64,000 nucleotides of DNA, taken from assembly GCA_030695905.1 (NCBI GenBank), contig JAUYOL010000043.1, forward strand, positions 64,998 through 128,997, given 5' to 3'. Both the position numbers and the translations under genes were made by a program. Below are positions 7,851-17,137 of the stretch, one piece after another (within the stretch, counting starts at the first letter, position 1; each line of letters begins with the position of its first letter). Source of the DNA: Candidatus Omnitrophota bacterium. GTDB taxonomy: Bacteria > Omnitrophota > Gorgyraeia > 2-01-FULL-45-10. Under the pieces are notes generated by a model. It was not told where the DNA came from. It saw only the letters and a list, made by a program, of their open reading frames with translations, and searched no databases.

Positions 7851-8567
7851 TTATTTCTTTTTCATCGAGTCTATCAGGATGATAGCGTCCGCTATATCGC
7901 GCATGGAGCGCCTTGTATCCATACTCTGTCTTTGTATCTTCTTAAACGCTTCCTCTTCGGAAAGGCCCTGCTCTCTCATAAGGATACCCTTGGCCTTTTC
8001 AACGCTCTTCCTGGTTTCTAATTCTTCCTGTATTACCTTAGTCTTTACCATAAGTTCCGCATTTTCAATAACTATCGCAGCCTGGTTTGCCACAGAGAAC
8101 AGTATGTCTATCTCTTCCTTCGTGAACTTGTGCGGTTTTGAAGTATAGTTATTTAATACGCCTATTACCCTGCCCTTAACTGAAAGAGGAACGGATAGTA
8201 GAGATCTTAAGCCTTCCTTCTTTGCTATATCCTTATATTTATATTCCGTCTCTTTGGATATGTCGTATATTGCCTGCGGCTTATTTTCTAAAGCGGCCTT
8301 TCCGGCTATCCCTTCTCCTATATGCAGCGGCGGTTTTTTGTTGTATGTTTCGCTCATAGATTGAGTCGCTTTAAGCACAAGCGTTTTTGTCTTATCATCC
8401 ACCAGGCTTAAAGAGCATATCTTGGAATTCATGATCTCCGCGGTAACCGTTACGATAAGTTTTAGAATATCTTCCAGGTAGAGGTTTGAGGTAATAGTTC
8501 TGCTGACCTTGGAGATTGCCTCTAAGCGTTTCGCGTGAGATACTGCCCTGCTGTCCTTTTTTGCCAT
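7851..8567 (-). CDS. GAF-ANTAR RNA-binding antiterminator
   Basis: GAF domain (GEGIAGKAA, LSVPL..KGRVIGVL) plus ANTAR signature RKSVEKAKGILM...GLSEEEAF..IQRQSMD.R.SM. Confidence 0.95.
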   Translation of the reverse strand: MAKKDSRAVSHAKRLEAISKVSRTITSNLYLEDILKLIVTVTAEIMNSKICSLSLVDDKTKTLVLKATQSMSETYNKKPPLHIGEGIAGKAALENKPQAIYDISKETEYKYKDIAKKEGLRSLLSVPLSVKGRVIGVLNNYTSKPHKFTKEEIDILFSVANQAAIVIENAELMVKTKVIQEELETRKSVEKAKGILMREQGLSEEEAFKKIQRQSMDTRRSMRDIADAIILIDSMKKK

Positions 8568-8571
8568 TTGG

Positions 8572-9534
8572 TTATCTCTTTCCTTCCGATTTAGGGGCTA
8601 TGTTCGTCCCGAGAAATTTCGTGTCAGAGTCTTTGGGCATTTCTTGTATCCAGCCATTATTTAACCCCAACTTGTGCGCTTCGTCAACTTTTATTTTGTA
8701 CTCCTCCTCCAGTATACCGCAAGACAGCTCTTTAAAATCACATGCTTTATAGGTCGGATAGTATTGGCTCATTATACTCAAGTAGGCATCTTTAGAGATG
8801 TTTTCCTTGATAAATTTTAAACTTTCGGTAGTTCCAGAAATATTGTGCGGCAATACCAGAAGCCTTATTATGAGGCCTTTTATCGCAATATCATCGTCGT
8901 CCAAAATAACGTTTCCTGCCTGTCTATACATCTCCTTCACCGCTGTCCTATCGCGTTCAACGTAATCGGGAGCATCGGAATACAGCTTGGCCATCCTGTT
9001 ATCCGAATAGCGCATATCAGGCAAATATATGTCGATAATGCCATCAAGTAGACGTATAGTGTCTGTAAGGTCATAACCGCTTGTATTATATACGATGGGT
9101 ATCGAAAGGCCGTTATTGACGGCTATTTCCAACGCCATCAATATCTGAGGCACATAATGCGTAGGATTGACCAGGTTTATATTATGACAGCCCGCTTGCT
9201 GCAGTTCTAACATTATCGAGGCAAGTTTCTCTATCGATATTTCGTCGCCTCCATCAAGCTGGCTGAATATGTAGTTCTGGCAGTATGCGCATTTCATATT
9301 ACAGCGCGAGAAGAATATCGTTCCGGAGCCTTTAGAGCCGGATAGCGCGGGTTCCTCGCCGTGGTGGGCCATGTAACTGTATATAACGGGATTGTATGGC
9401 GCCCTGCAATAACCGAGTTTGCCCGCGAACCTATTTACTTTGCACCGGCGCGGACATATTGCGCATTTACTTAAAGAGTCTTTCAGCAAGTCAAGCGCAA
9501 TACGCACTTTCTTTAATTTATCATCTTTATTCAT
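8572..9534 (-). CDS. Radical SAM protein, PflX-like
   Basis: C..CPR.C.VNR, HHGEEP, CNMKCAYCQN, DIYLPD motifs. Confidence 0.85.
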   Translation of the reverse strand: MNKDDKLKKVRIALDLLKDSLSKCAICPRRCKVNRFAGKLGYCRAPYNPVIYSYMAHHGEEPALSGSKGSGTIFFSRCNMKCAYCQNYIFSQLDGGDEISIEKLASIMLELQQAGCHNINLVNPTHYVPQILMALEIAVNNGLSIPIVYNTSGYDLTDTIRLLDGIIDIYLPDMRYSDNRMAKLYSDAPDYVERDRTAVKEMYRQAGNVILDDDDIAIKGLIIRLLVLPHNISGTTESLKFIKENISKDAYLSIMSQYYPTYKACDFKELSCGILEEEYKIKVDEAHKLGLNNGWIQEMPKDSDTKFLGTNIAPKSEGKR

Positions 9535-9548
9535 ACGAGAAAAAGGCC

Positions 9549-10262
9549 TTAAGAGGGATCCGCTCTGTGTGTTATATTCTTATCGATGAAATTTATTATG
9601 GCTTTTTCTTTTTCAGGAGTAAGGTGCGTGAAAGCTATCCCCGTGCCGGGATAGAAATGCGGTTGAAGTTCTTTATCCGCCAACCATATGACCCTGCCCG
9701 CGGTATCGGTAAATTTTATCTCACCGGGAAGGTCAATCTCCATTTCTATTTGGCTGTTGATGGGGAATGTGTATTTGGAGAATATATACATTCCCGCGGC
9801 GCTCAAATTGAGGATTTCTCCTTCGAACACTTTGGGGCGCTTTTGATTTCCAACGAGCCAATACTTCACTTTTAGGCTTATATCGAGCCGTTTGAACCTG
9901 CGCCTCAAAGGCATGGCCAGAACCGCAGCGTCATAAAAACTTTTTATAGCGGACTCCTCGTCAGGATATACTTCGAAAGTATTTTCCAGCTTTACTATTT
10001 TAAAGAGTTCTATTACCTGAGGCGATACGTTAAGGAATTTAATCTTACCTTTATGGTTAAGTACATTTTTGTAGGCTATGGCGAGGACTGAAAGACCGCT
10101 GTAGTCCACCATGTTGACATTTTCGAAGTTTAAGATGAAGTTAAGCTTGCCGGAGCCCAGGAAGTATCCTATCATCTCGATGATATCAGAAGAGTTGATA
10201 TCAATATTGCCTTCGGCATCGATAATAGTTATATTTCCGCTTTCCCTGAATCTTATCGGCAT
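9549..10262 (-). CDS. STAS (anti-sigma antagonist) plus PilZ fusion protein
   Basis: STAS 'NMVDYSGLSVL'; PilZ RRRFKR and NLSAAG. Confidence 0.85.
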   Translation of the reverse strand: MPIRFRESGNITIIDAEGNIDINSSDIIEMIGYFLGSGKLNFILNFENVNMVDYSGLSVLAIAYKNVLNHKGKIKFLNVSPQVIELFKIVKLENTFEVYPDEESAIKSFYDAAVLAMPLRRRFKRLDISLKVKYWLVGNQKRPKVFEGEILNLSAAGMYIFSKYTFPINSQIEMEIDLPGEIKFTDTAGRVIWLADKELQPHFYPGTGIAFTHLTPEKEKAIINFIDKNITHRADPS

Positions 10263-10265
10263 AAA

Positions 10266-10406
10266 TTATGGTTGGCGGAAGAAGAACGTGCTTACTCCTC
10301 TGCCCATCCTGTTGACATCCTTGCCTACCCCGGAGACGGTCTCTCCGCAACCCATTAATATGGCAGTCACGCTTATTAACAATAAAAATAATAGCATCTT
10401 TTTCAT
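10266..10406 (-). CDS. Entericidin A/B-like small lipoprotein (46 aa; absent from ORF track)
   Basis: MKKMLLFLLLISVTAILMGC-GETVSGVGKDV; lipobox and T..G.GKD motif; RBS GGAGG. Confidence 0.75.
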   Translation of the reverse strand: MKKMLLFLLLISVTAILMGCGETVSGVGKDVNRMGRGVSTFFFRQP

Positions 10407-10425
10407 TATTACCCTCCCTCTAACG

Positions 10426-10959
10426 TTATCTCATCAGCCTTCTGGGATCCTGCGGCTCCCCTTCTTTGCGTATTTCGAAATGCAGGTGCGGCTGCATAGA
10501 TTTCGAAGCGGCATTTCCGGTTTTGCCGACATATCCTATCAGATCACCCTTATTTACGCGCTGGACCGGTTTAATGGCCCAGTCCGCAAGATGTCCATAG
10601 TATGTTTGGTATCCGCCCGGATGGTATATCATTACATACTTTCCGTATCCGGTAGGTACTTCTGCTTTAAATGCGGTGCCGCTCTTTGCCGCGTAAACAG
10701 GCGTTCCTGTAGGAGCTAAAATATCTATCCCGCTGTGCGAACGGCCGTTTCGCCTTTTAGAGCCAAATTCACCATCGCCATGCGCGTCATTACGCACCAC
10801 CATCTTTGAAGGCGATGTATGTACGGGGCGTATAAAAAACGGCTCCCTTATATTGAATATCAATAATGATACAGGATCATATAACAATATGGTAGCCGCT
10901 ATCGTTATGGTGATAATAGCTGCTACGATAATAAAATCTCTCTTCATCGCGCTCTTCAT
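10426..10959 (-). CDS. M23 family peptidase
   Basis: HSGID, YGHL, PHLHFEIR motifs; N-terminal TM. Confidence 0.92.
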   Translation of the reverse strand: MKSAMKRDFIIVAAIITITIAATILLYDPVSLLIFNIREPFFIRPVHTSPSKMVVRNDAHGDGEFGSKRRNGRSHSGIDILAPTGTPVYAAKSGTAFKAEVPTGYGKYVMIYHPGGYQTYYGHLADWAIKPVQRVNKGDLIGYVGKTGNAASKSMQPHLHFEIRKEGEPQDPRRLMR

Positions 10960-10965
10960 ATTACA

Positions 10966-11008
10966 GAAGAAGCCATATTTCTTTTTATAAGAAGATATGG
11001 CTTCTTTA
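10966..11008. terminator. Intrinsic terminator
   Basis: AAGAAGCCATAT...ATATGGCTTCTT inverted repeat. Confidence 0.6.
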
Positions 11009-11024
11009 TATATATTTTAGGTTA

Positions 11025-11420
11025 TTATTTTTCAGCTTGCTCGGCCTGCACAGGTTCCTGAGCTTTTTCTTTTAGAGCTTCGGAGGGTACTTTTATTGTG
11101 CCTTCGCCCGCTTTCACGACAGTTTCAGCGGTACCTGTTATAGGCTCGGTTATCAGTTCTTTTGTCTTGGCAACATCACCCGTGGTGACTTCTCCTACCC
11201 TTTTTACGGTTGTGCTAACCACGTCAGCGCTTCTCTTCGTTGTGTCCGCGACTACTGAAGCAGACTCTTCAGTAACCCTGGCAGGGTAACCAAGAAGATT
11301 TCTCCAGAAATTTTTTACTTTTGTTCCGAACGTCTCTTTTTCTGCGGCAAATGACGCAGATACAAACATAGCGGATATTAATAGTGCCGCTATCGCTACT
11401 ACAAATACTCTTCTCTTCAT
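11025..11420 (-). CDS. Secreted hypothetical protein
   Basis: Signal peptide ending in ASFA; RBS GGAGG. Confidence 0.7.
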   Translation of the reverse strand: MKRRVFVVAIAALLISAMFVSASFAAEKETFGTKVKNFWRNLLGYPARVTEESASVVADTTKRSADVVSTTVKRVGEVTTGDVAKTKELITEPITGTAETVVKAGEGTIKVPSEALKEKAQEPVQAEQAEK

Positions 11421-11475
11421 CTTGCTCCTCCTTCAATTGATTTGATGTACACTATATAATATATATCGTATTTTT

Positions 11476-11835
11476 TCAAGTAAAAACGATCATCTTTATT
11501 GCCACTGCCAGAAGTATCACTCCAAATATTTTTTTCAGAATCATGTCAGGTATTGTCTGCACCATTTGGGCGCCTACCAACCCGCCTACTATAAAGCCCA
11601 ATGCTATGAACATCGCTATATCCAGTTTTACATTTCCGCTGTAATAGTATCTCAATGCCGCCAGCAGTGTTATTGGGGGCACCATTACCGCAAGAGAGGT
11701 TCCCTGCGCCTGATGTTGGGTCAGCCCGAATATATAAACAAGTACCGGCGTAAGAAGGATGCCCCCGCCTAATCCCATAAAACCGCTGAAGATGCCTGCC
11801 GCAAGCCCTAATAATATGTAGGATAGCCAAATCAT
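11476..11835 (-). CDS. TauE/SafE family permease (half-size)
   Basis: G..SG.MGLGGG and A.GTSL motifs; about 4 TM helices. Confidence 0.85.
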   Translation of the reverse strand: MIWLSYILLGLAAGIFSGFMGLGGGILLTPVLVYIFGLTQHQAQGTSLAVMVPPITLLAALRYYYSGNVKLDIAMFIALGFIVGGLVGAQMVQTIPDMILKKIFGVILLAVAIKMIVFT

Positions 11836-11852
11836 AGGACGCCCCCCGCATT

Positions 11853-12299
11853 CTATTTCAACAAAGACATTACCAGTTGGTTTACGACTTTTCCGTCTGC
11901 TTTCCCTTTAACTTTTTCCATTACGGCTTTCATGGCTTTTCCGGTATCAGCCTTGGACGTTATACCCATCTCTTGTATGGTGGCCTTTATGATAGACAGA
12001 AGCTCTTCCTCACCCATTTGGGCAGGTACGTATTTTTGCAGGATATCAAGTTCTGCCTTCTCTTTATTTACAAGATCAGGCCTATTACCCTTCTCAAACT
12101 GCGCAATAGACTCCTTGTGTTCTTTTATCATCCTCTGGATCACTGAAACTATATCTACATCTTCCAGCTTTTTAACTTTTTTTGATATTTCGGTATTCCT
12201 TACAGCAGCAAGCAGCATGCGCATTACAGACAATCTTACATTATCCTTGCCGCGCATCGCATCTTTCATTTCCGAATCAATTTTTTCGTATAGATCCAT
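11853..12299 (-). CDS. GatB/YqeY domain protein
   Basis: MKDAM.GKD..RLS, ESI.QF..G.R.DL, VKGKADGK; start moved to MDLYEK. Confidence 0.9.
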   Translation of the reverse strand: MDLYEKIDSEMKDAMRGKDNVRLSVMRMLLAAVRNTEISKKVKKLEDVDIVSVIQRMIKEHKESIAQFEKGNRPDLVNKEKAELDILQKYVPAQMGEEELLSIIKATIQEMGITSKADTGKAMKAVMEKVKGKADGKVVNQLVMSLLK

Positions 12300-12409
12300 G
12301 AGTGGTGCTCCTGTGTTAATAGACAAAAACATCTCCTTCAAATCGCCTTTATATTAGGAAAAAGAGATTTTAAAGAGTATAAAACTTTAGTGAGGAGGGA
12401 AGTCGAAAG

Positions 12410-12610
12410 TTAAATCTTCACAACTTTCGTTGCCTGATCTCCCTTAGGGCCCTGGACGATATCAAACTGAACCTTATCGCCTTCTTTCAGGCTCTTGAAT
12501 CCTTCGCCTTCTATTGCGGAGTGATGAACAAAGACGTCTTTACCAGTGTCAGCAACTATGAAGCCGTACCCTTTTTTGTCATTGAACCACTTTACTGTTC
12601 CTTGCGCCAT
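12410..12610 (-). CDS. Cold-shock protein
   Basis: GTVKWFN..KGYGFI, DVFVH; start MAQG after RBS. Confidence 0.95.
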   Translation of the reverse strand: MAQGTVKWFNDKKGYGFIVADTGKDVFVHHSAIEGEGFKSLKEGDKVQFDIVQGPKGDQATKVVKI

Positions 12611-12731
12611 TTTATCTTTTTCACCCCCTTCCAACAAAAAAGCCACCCAAGGCTCACAAAAAGCCTTTGATGGCTACATAACTATTTTTTGAAAATATTC
12701 AGCACTAAGTACCTACTTAAACTATAGGTAG

Positions 12732-12760
12732 AGTATATATCATAATTTACGTATTGTCAA
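12732..12760 (-). promoter_or_regulatory. sigma70 promoter of the csp gene (long 5' UTR)
   Basis: TTGACA-17-TATACT. Confidence 0.7.
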
Positions 12761-13216
12761 GCGGTTAGAGAATAATAGTTTCTTTATGGGGCTCAAATAG
12801 TCTATTATGAGTTTGCCCAATAAATGATCGATTTCATGCTGAAGTACGCGCGCTAACAGCCCATGTGCGGTTATTTTTACGGCCTCGCCGCCCTCATTTA
12901 AATATTCAACCGTGACTTTTTTCGCTCTTTTTACCTTTATAGCGGCTTCGGGGACGCTTAAACAGCCCTCTTCCTGCGTTTCACAGCCGTCCTTTTTAAC
13001 TACTACGGGGTTTATTAATTTGATAAGGCCGTCTCCTATGTCTATTACAGCAAGCTGTTTATCTATGCCTACCTGGCACGCGGCCAGGCCTACCCCGCCC
13101 TTTAGGTACATGACCTTTGCCATTTCGTCCAGCATCCTCTTTTCTTCATCAGATACCTTAAGGACTTTGGAGGTCTTTTTTCTTAAGCAGGGATTTGGGA
13201 GGCAGACTATTTCCAT
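12740..13216 (-). CDS. def: Peptide deformylase
   Basis: GVGLAA.QVG, EGCLS, QHEIDHL. Confidence 0.96.
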   Translation of the reverse strand: MEIVCLPNPCLRKKTSKVLKVSDEEKRMLDEMAKVMYLKGGVGLAACQVGIDKQLAVIDIGDGLIKLINPVVVKKDGCETQEEGCLSVPEAAIKVKRAKKVTVEYLNEGGEAVKITAHGLLARVLQHEIDHLLGKLIIDYLSPIKKLLFSNRLTIRKL

Positions 13217-13230
13217 CGTAGTTCCTACGG

Positions 13231-13584
13231 CTATTTTGTGCTTTTTATGCGGTTTTTGTCGTCTACTTTTACTGCTATTAATTTTAGTTTTTTTGCGGTT
13301 TTGTCATCTACAAGGCAATTTGACAGGATTATTACCAAGTCTCCTACTTTTCCCAGGTGGGCGGCCGCGCCATATAGGCCTATTGTGCCTGAACCGGCCA
13401 CTTCTTCTATGGTATACGTCTCGAACCTGGACCCGTTATTTATATTAACGACCTGGACTATCTCGCCCGGGTAGATGTTGCTCGCCTTGAGAAGATCTTT
13501 GTCTATCCCTATGCTTCCTTCGTAGTGAAGATCGGCTTTTGTGATCCTGACACGATGTATCTTTGATTTACACATTAATCTCAT
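13231..13584 (-). CDS. panD: Aspartate 1-decarboxylase
   Basis: KSKIHR, LHYEGSI, NG.RFETY. Confidence 0.95.
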   Translation of the reverse strand: MRLMCKSKIHRVRITKADLHYEGSIGIDKDLLKASNIYPGEIVQVVNINNGSRFETYTIEEVAGSGTIGLYGAAAHLGKVGDLVIILSNCLVDDKTAKKLKLIAVKVDDKNRIKSTK

Positions 13585-13587
13585 ATT

Positions 13588-13929
13588 TTACAGCTCGTCT
13601 ATATCGGTAAGATATTGTCCATCGAAGTATAATTTCCTGGTCCTGGAAAGATAATCCGCGTCTATGGGCAGGCCTGTCTGGGCACGATACACCCACATAT
13701 CGCGGGGATCCTGCCACCTCTTCTTATCCTCGATCGTGCTTATCTCATCCGGCTTGCCCCATTTAGCCTCTACTTCGTGTTTTGTCATACCTATCTTCAG
13801 GTCAGTCTTGCCAAGAGGATACTTTAACACATCATCCGGCTTCGGCAACGCCTCTATCAATGTACACCCGTAACCAGTTATCGCCAAGGCGATAATAACT
13901 ATCAAAAGTTTAATGCGCATGCCGGACAT
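13588..13929 (-). CDS. Lipoprotein, SmpA/BamE-like
   Basis: Lipobox (YGC); KIGMTK.EV...WG.P motif. Confidence 0.7.
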   Translation of the reverse strand: MSGMRIKLLIVIIALAITGYGCTLIEALPKPDDVLKYPLGKTDLKIGMTKHEVEAKWGKPDEISTIEDKKRWQDPRDMWVYRAQTGLPIDADYLSRTRKLYFDGQYLTDIDEL

Positions 13930-13930
13930 C

Positions 13931-14308
13931 TTAGCTCTCCTTCTGTAGGTTGTATATCAAATCACATAAGAATTTTAAAAATGTATTCTTATTGTCTTCT
14001 TCTATTTCGATAAATTCCACACCGATGTCGTAAGGCGCGTTATCTTCCAGGCTTAATCTCTTTTTCCATACTACCTTACCCTTGGCGTGTACCGGATTAT
14101 GAGTGTCATATATTTCAAGCTTGAGCTCAATAGTGCCCGATACCTTAATATCTTTCGCGTTAGATTCTAATCTCAAGCCGTCAGCGGATATATCTTTGGT
14201 TATAGCGCTGTATATGCTGCCGGTTTCAGGGACTGTATACGTCACCGGTATAGGCGATTTAAGCCTAATATACTTTCTTCTCTCGATAAGCCTGTCTTTT
14301 ATCTTCAT
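13931..14308 (-). CDS. PilZ domain protein
   Basis: ERRKYIR, DISADG. Confidence 0.9.
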   Translation of the reverse strand: MKIKDRLIERRKYIRLKSPIPVTYTVPETGSIYSAITKDISADGLRLESNAKDIKVSGTIELKLEIYDTHNPVHAKGKVVWKKRLSLEDNAPYDIGVEFIEIEEDNKNTFLKFLCDLIYNLQKES

Positions 14309-14377
14309 ATTATCAACATGTTATGATGAATGCCAAAAAGGAATGATAGCATACGCATCGCGATGCGTCAATGATAA

Positions 14378-14418
14378 AAAAACAGAGCCACTCGTTATAA
14401 AACAAATGGCTCTGTTAT
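14378..14418 (-). terminator. Intrinsic terminator
   Basis: AACAGAGCCA...TGGCTCTGTT stem with T-tract on minus strand. Confidence 0.6.
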
Positions 14419-14433
14419 CTTTGAATCACTTAA

Positions 14434-14799
14434 TTATTTAGTCGTACTTGCAGTTGAAGGCTCCATAAGCGGATCCGGCTTTACAGGGCTCTTATCGTAG
14501 TCGGGTATCGGGAAAGTGGCTAAATCGACCGCTCCAGAGATAGTTCTCGGAAACGCCTTTTTAAAACCATCCCATGCTCCGGCCGTGAGGCCTAATGCCG
14601 CGTTCTTTGACTCATTAGTAACCTGATATATAGATAGCGGTATGTCGGTCCAACCCAGCAAAAGATTCTTCAAGCCTCTTCCGGCCTTGTTCATCGCGCC
14701 TTTGCAAGCGTCAGAAGAAGCAGATTCAGCTGCATATGATAATCCTGAAAAAGATACTGCCAATAAAATTATGATTGCTACACAAAATAACTTTTTCAT
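14434..14799 (-). CDS. Secreted protein, TIGR04073-like
   Basis: Signal peptide; K.GRG..N...GW.D.P and D.ATFP.P motifs. Confidence 0.75.
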   Translation of the reverse strand: MKKLFCVAIIILLAVSFSGLSYAAESASSDACKGAMNKAGRGLKNLLLGWTDIPLSIYQVTNESKNAALGLTAGAWDGFKKAFPRTISGAVDLATFPIPDYDKSPVKPDPLMEPSTASTTK

Positions 14800-14834
14800 T
14801 CATTCACCCCCTTTTTTTACGTTATTCATCAGGG

Positions 14835-14863
14835 AGTATATCACAAGTTTCGCATAAAGTCAA
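14835..14863 (-). promoter_or_regulatory. sigma70 promoter
   Basis: TTGACT-17-TATACT. Confidence 0.6.
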
Positions 14864-14908
14864 ATCTATTTAGTTCGTTGAATCCACCAAGCCAATTGAA
14901 AGCGGATT

Positions 14909-16555
14909 TTATACGTTGCCCTCAAGCCACTTCTTTATAGTGTCGAGCACGGCTGGATCGGTTTCATAGTATAGCTTATGAACTCCATCATTGATAGGCT
15001 TGCCAAGAAAATGGCCTAAATATCCATAATATATTAGCTTGTGATTTTTATTTCCGCTATCTTCCAGAGCCTTATCCAGGTTAGAAACATCCTTTGGGGG
15101 AATCAGTTCGTCTTCCTTGCCTTGTAATATGAGTACGGGGCACTCAACCTTTCTGATAATGTCTATAGGGTTCTCCTGTAAATCTTCTCTTAGCTTTTTC
15201 AGGAAGCATCTCGTTCTTAATATCGTCGCCCAGTCGCCCTTTATATTTTTTACTTTGTCTATGGTCTCCATGCGGGACTTTATAGTCAATTTAAGATACT
15301 GCTCGTCCCATTTGCGTTTAGCGGCCATCTCATTAAGGCTGTCAAAATTAAGATCCATCTGGCCGGCTGAAGTTATCAAAGGCGACAATAGAATCAGCGC
15401 TTTGACATTTTTTGTTTCAGATGCTATCTTTGCGGCATCTAACGCGCCCTTGCCGTGACCTATGAGAATGATCTTATCTATATCGGCGTCTTTTCTTCCG
15501 AATAAGTAGTTCAAGGCCGCTTTGGCGTCATCGAACGCTTCGCTATCGGTAGTAGATTTACTATCGCCGCCGCTTGATCCTATTCCGCGCTTATCAAATC
15601 GTAAAGTTAAGAAACCATTCCTTGCAAGTGTATCGCAAAGGTGTGTAAATAATCCTTGCTCTTCCCTGTCGCTTTCTTCCGTACCGCTTATCAAAAGTAC
15701 GGCAGGATGAATGCCCTGATCTTTGGGTGCGGCGAGGGTTCCCGTAAGAGCTGTTTTTTTGTCGTTAATCTTCACCTCTTCTGTTGTGTAGGTGTCTGAT
15801 TTTAAAATAAATGGCCCTGCTTCGAAATCTTTAGGCGTAAAAGTGCGTGTTATCTTTATTTTTTTTTCAGGAAATTCTATCCCTACAAGGCTCCTGCCCG
15901 TTTTTGTGACAAATAGCATGCCTTGCGGAAAATTTCTCATCTTTATCAGCAGACATTCCACCTTCGTCTTCCTCGACCCTATTTTGATATATTCATCCCT
16001 GATAGATGTGAGTATTAAGAGTTTTTTCATAGGTGGCAGAAGCGGCGAATAGCACATTACCACATTAAAAGCCTGCGCTTGGCCTATGTCAAAATCGTAA
16101 TTTTCAAGGATCGGCAGGTATGTTACCGGAGAATATTCTTCGAATACAAATGTGTTGTGTTTTATAGGCAAGTTGGCAATGTAAGCGAATTCGGACATGG
16201 CTGTTCCAACAAAGGATATATTATCGTTTATATTATCGAGAAGCACGGTATTTTGGGCTCCACCGCCCGATTCTTCTCTTGTATAATTGATTAAAGAGTA
16301 CCTTTTGTCCAGGGTCAGCCGCGATTTTGAGTCTGTCAATAATGGCTCAAACGGCATGGAGCTTTGCGATTTATAGAGCAGGTTTTCGTCGGTAATGAAC
16401 TTGTCCACTTTTATGGTGCCCATGTCACGGCCGTCAATATTTACCGTAAAATGTAAAAGCTTGTGTTTTTCTTTATCCAGATAAAACAGCGATGCAGTGA
16501 AGAGTATCGCGCTTACTACGAAGATTATGAATACGGTAAGATAAACTTTTCTCAT
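14909..16555 (-). CDS. Membrane-anchored alpha/beta hydrolase-fold protein
   Basis: LRFDKRG.G.SGG, LIGHGKG (GxSxG serine replaced by Gly), ILQG.ED. Confidence 0.8.
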   Translation of the reverse strand: MRKVYLTVFIIFVVSAILFTASLFYLDKEKHKLLHFTVNIDGRDMGTIKVDKFITDENLLYKSQSSMPFEPLLTDSKSRLTLDKRYSLINYTREESGGGAQNTVLLDNINDNISFVGTAMSEFAYIANLPIKHNTFVFEEYSPVTYLPILENYDFDIGQAQAFNVVMCYSPLLPPMKKLLILTSIRDEYIKIGSRKTKVECLLIKMRNFPQGMLFVTKTGRSLVGIEFPEKKIKITRTFTPKDFEAGPFILKSDTYTTEEVKINDKKTALTGTLAAPKDQGIHPAVLLISGTEESDREEQGLFTHLCDTLARNGFLTLRFDKRGIGSSGGDSKSTTDSEAFDDAKAALNYLFGRKDADIDKIILIGHGKGALDAAKIASETKNVKALILLSPLITSAGQMDLNFDSLNEMAAKRKWDEQYLKLTIKSRMETIDKVKNIKGDWATILRTRCFLKKLREDLQENPIDIIRKVECPVLILQGKEDELIPPKDVSNLDKALEDSGNKNHKLIYYGYLGHFLGKPINDGVHKLYYETDPAVLDTIKKWLEGNV

Positions 16556-16558
16556 ATT

Positions 16559-17137
16559 TTAAAAGTCCAGCGATGCGTTGTCTGCCGTTAGCCTGCCGGA
16601 CCACTTTCCAAAACTTTTCTTGGGTTTTTCACCTTCTCTTAACTCAAGAAATATCTCGGTCGGGCAGTTTAAAATTATTTTTTTGAAGGCATACGATTCG
16701 TTCGGCTTTAAGACCGTTTTCGGATGAGTGGACAGATAGGGTATATTCACATAAGGAAGAACGCTTCCCCCCAGGGACGGCTCCTGCGGATACATCTGGG
16801 TCTGGTAGATAACAGCGTTGTCTTTATCCAGGAAATTTATTATTAGGCATAAATCGAGTATCTCCTTGGCGCCTTTATTAGTGACGGTTCCTTCTATTAT
16901 AGGTTTTCCCTTGAGAGGGCCGGTATTCTCTATTCTTGCGTCCAGCTTTTCAATGGCAATATATTTTGAATATATTTTTGCCTTGGCCTTGCCCAAGAGT
17001 TCGTGATAACTTGTCTCGAACTCCTTAGCCTTGAACTCAAGGTATATGAAATATCCCGCCAGTGTCAGTACCAGCACCAGAGCTATTACGAAGCTCGATA
17101 CTAACCCGACTATAAGGCTCTTCTTCTTTACAATCAT
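16559..17137 (-). CDS. Hypothetical membrane-anchored protein
   Basis: N-terminal TM; operonic spacing. Confidence 0.65.
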   Translation of the reverse strand: MIVKKKSLIVGLVSSFVIALVLVLTLAGYFIYLEFKAKEFETSYHELLGKAKAKIYSKYIAIEKLDARIENTGPLKGKPIIEGTVTNKGAKEILDLCLIINFLDKDNAVIYQTQMYPQEPSLGGSVLPYVNIPYLSTHPKTVLKPNESYAFKKIILNCPTEIFLELREGEKPKKSFGKWSGRLTADNASLDF

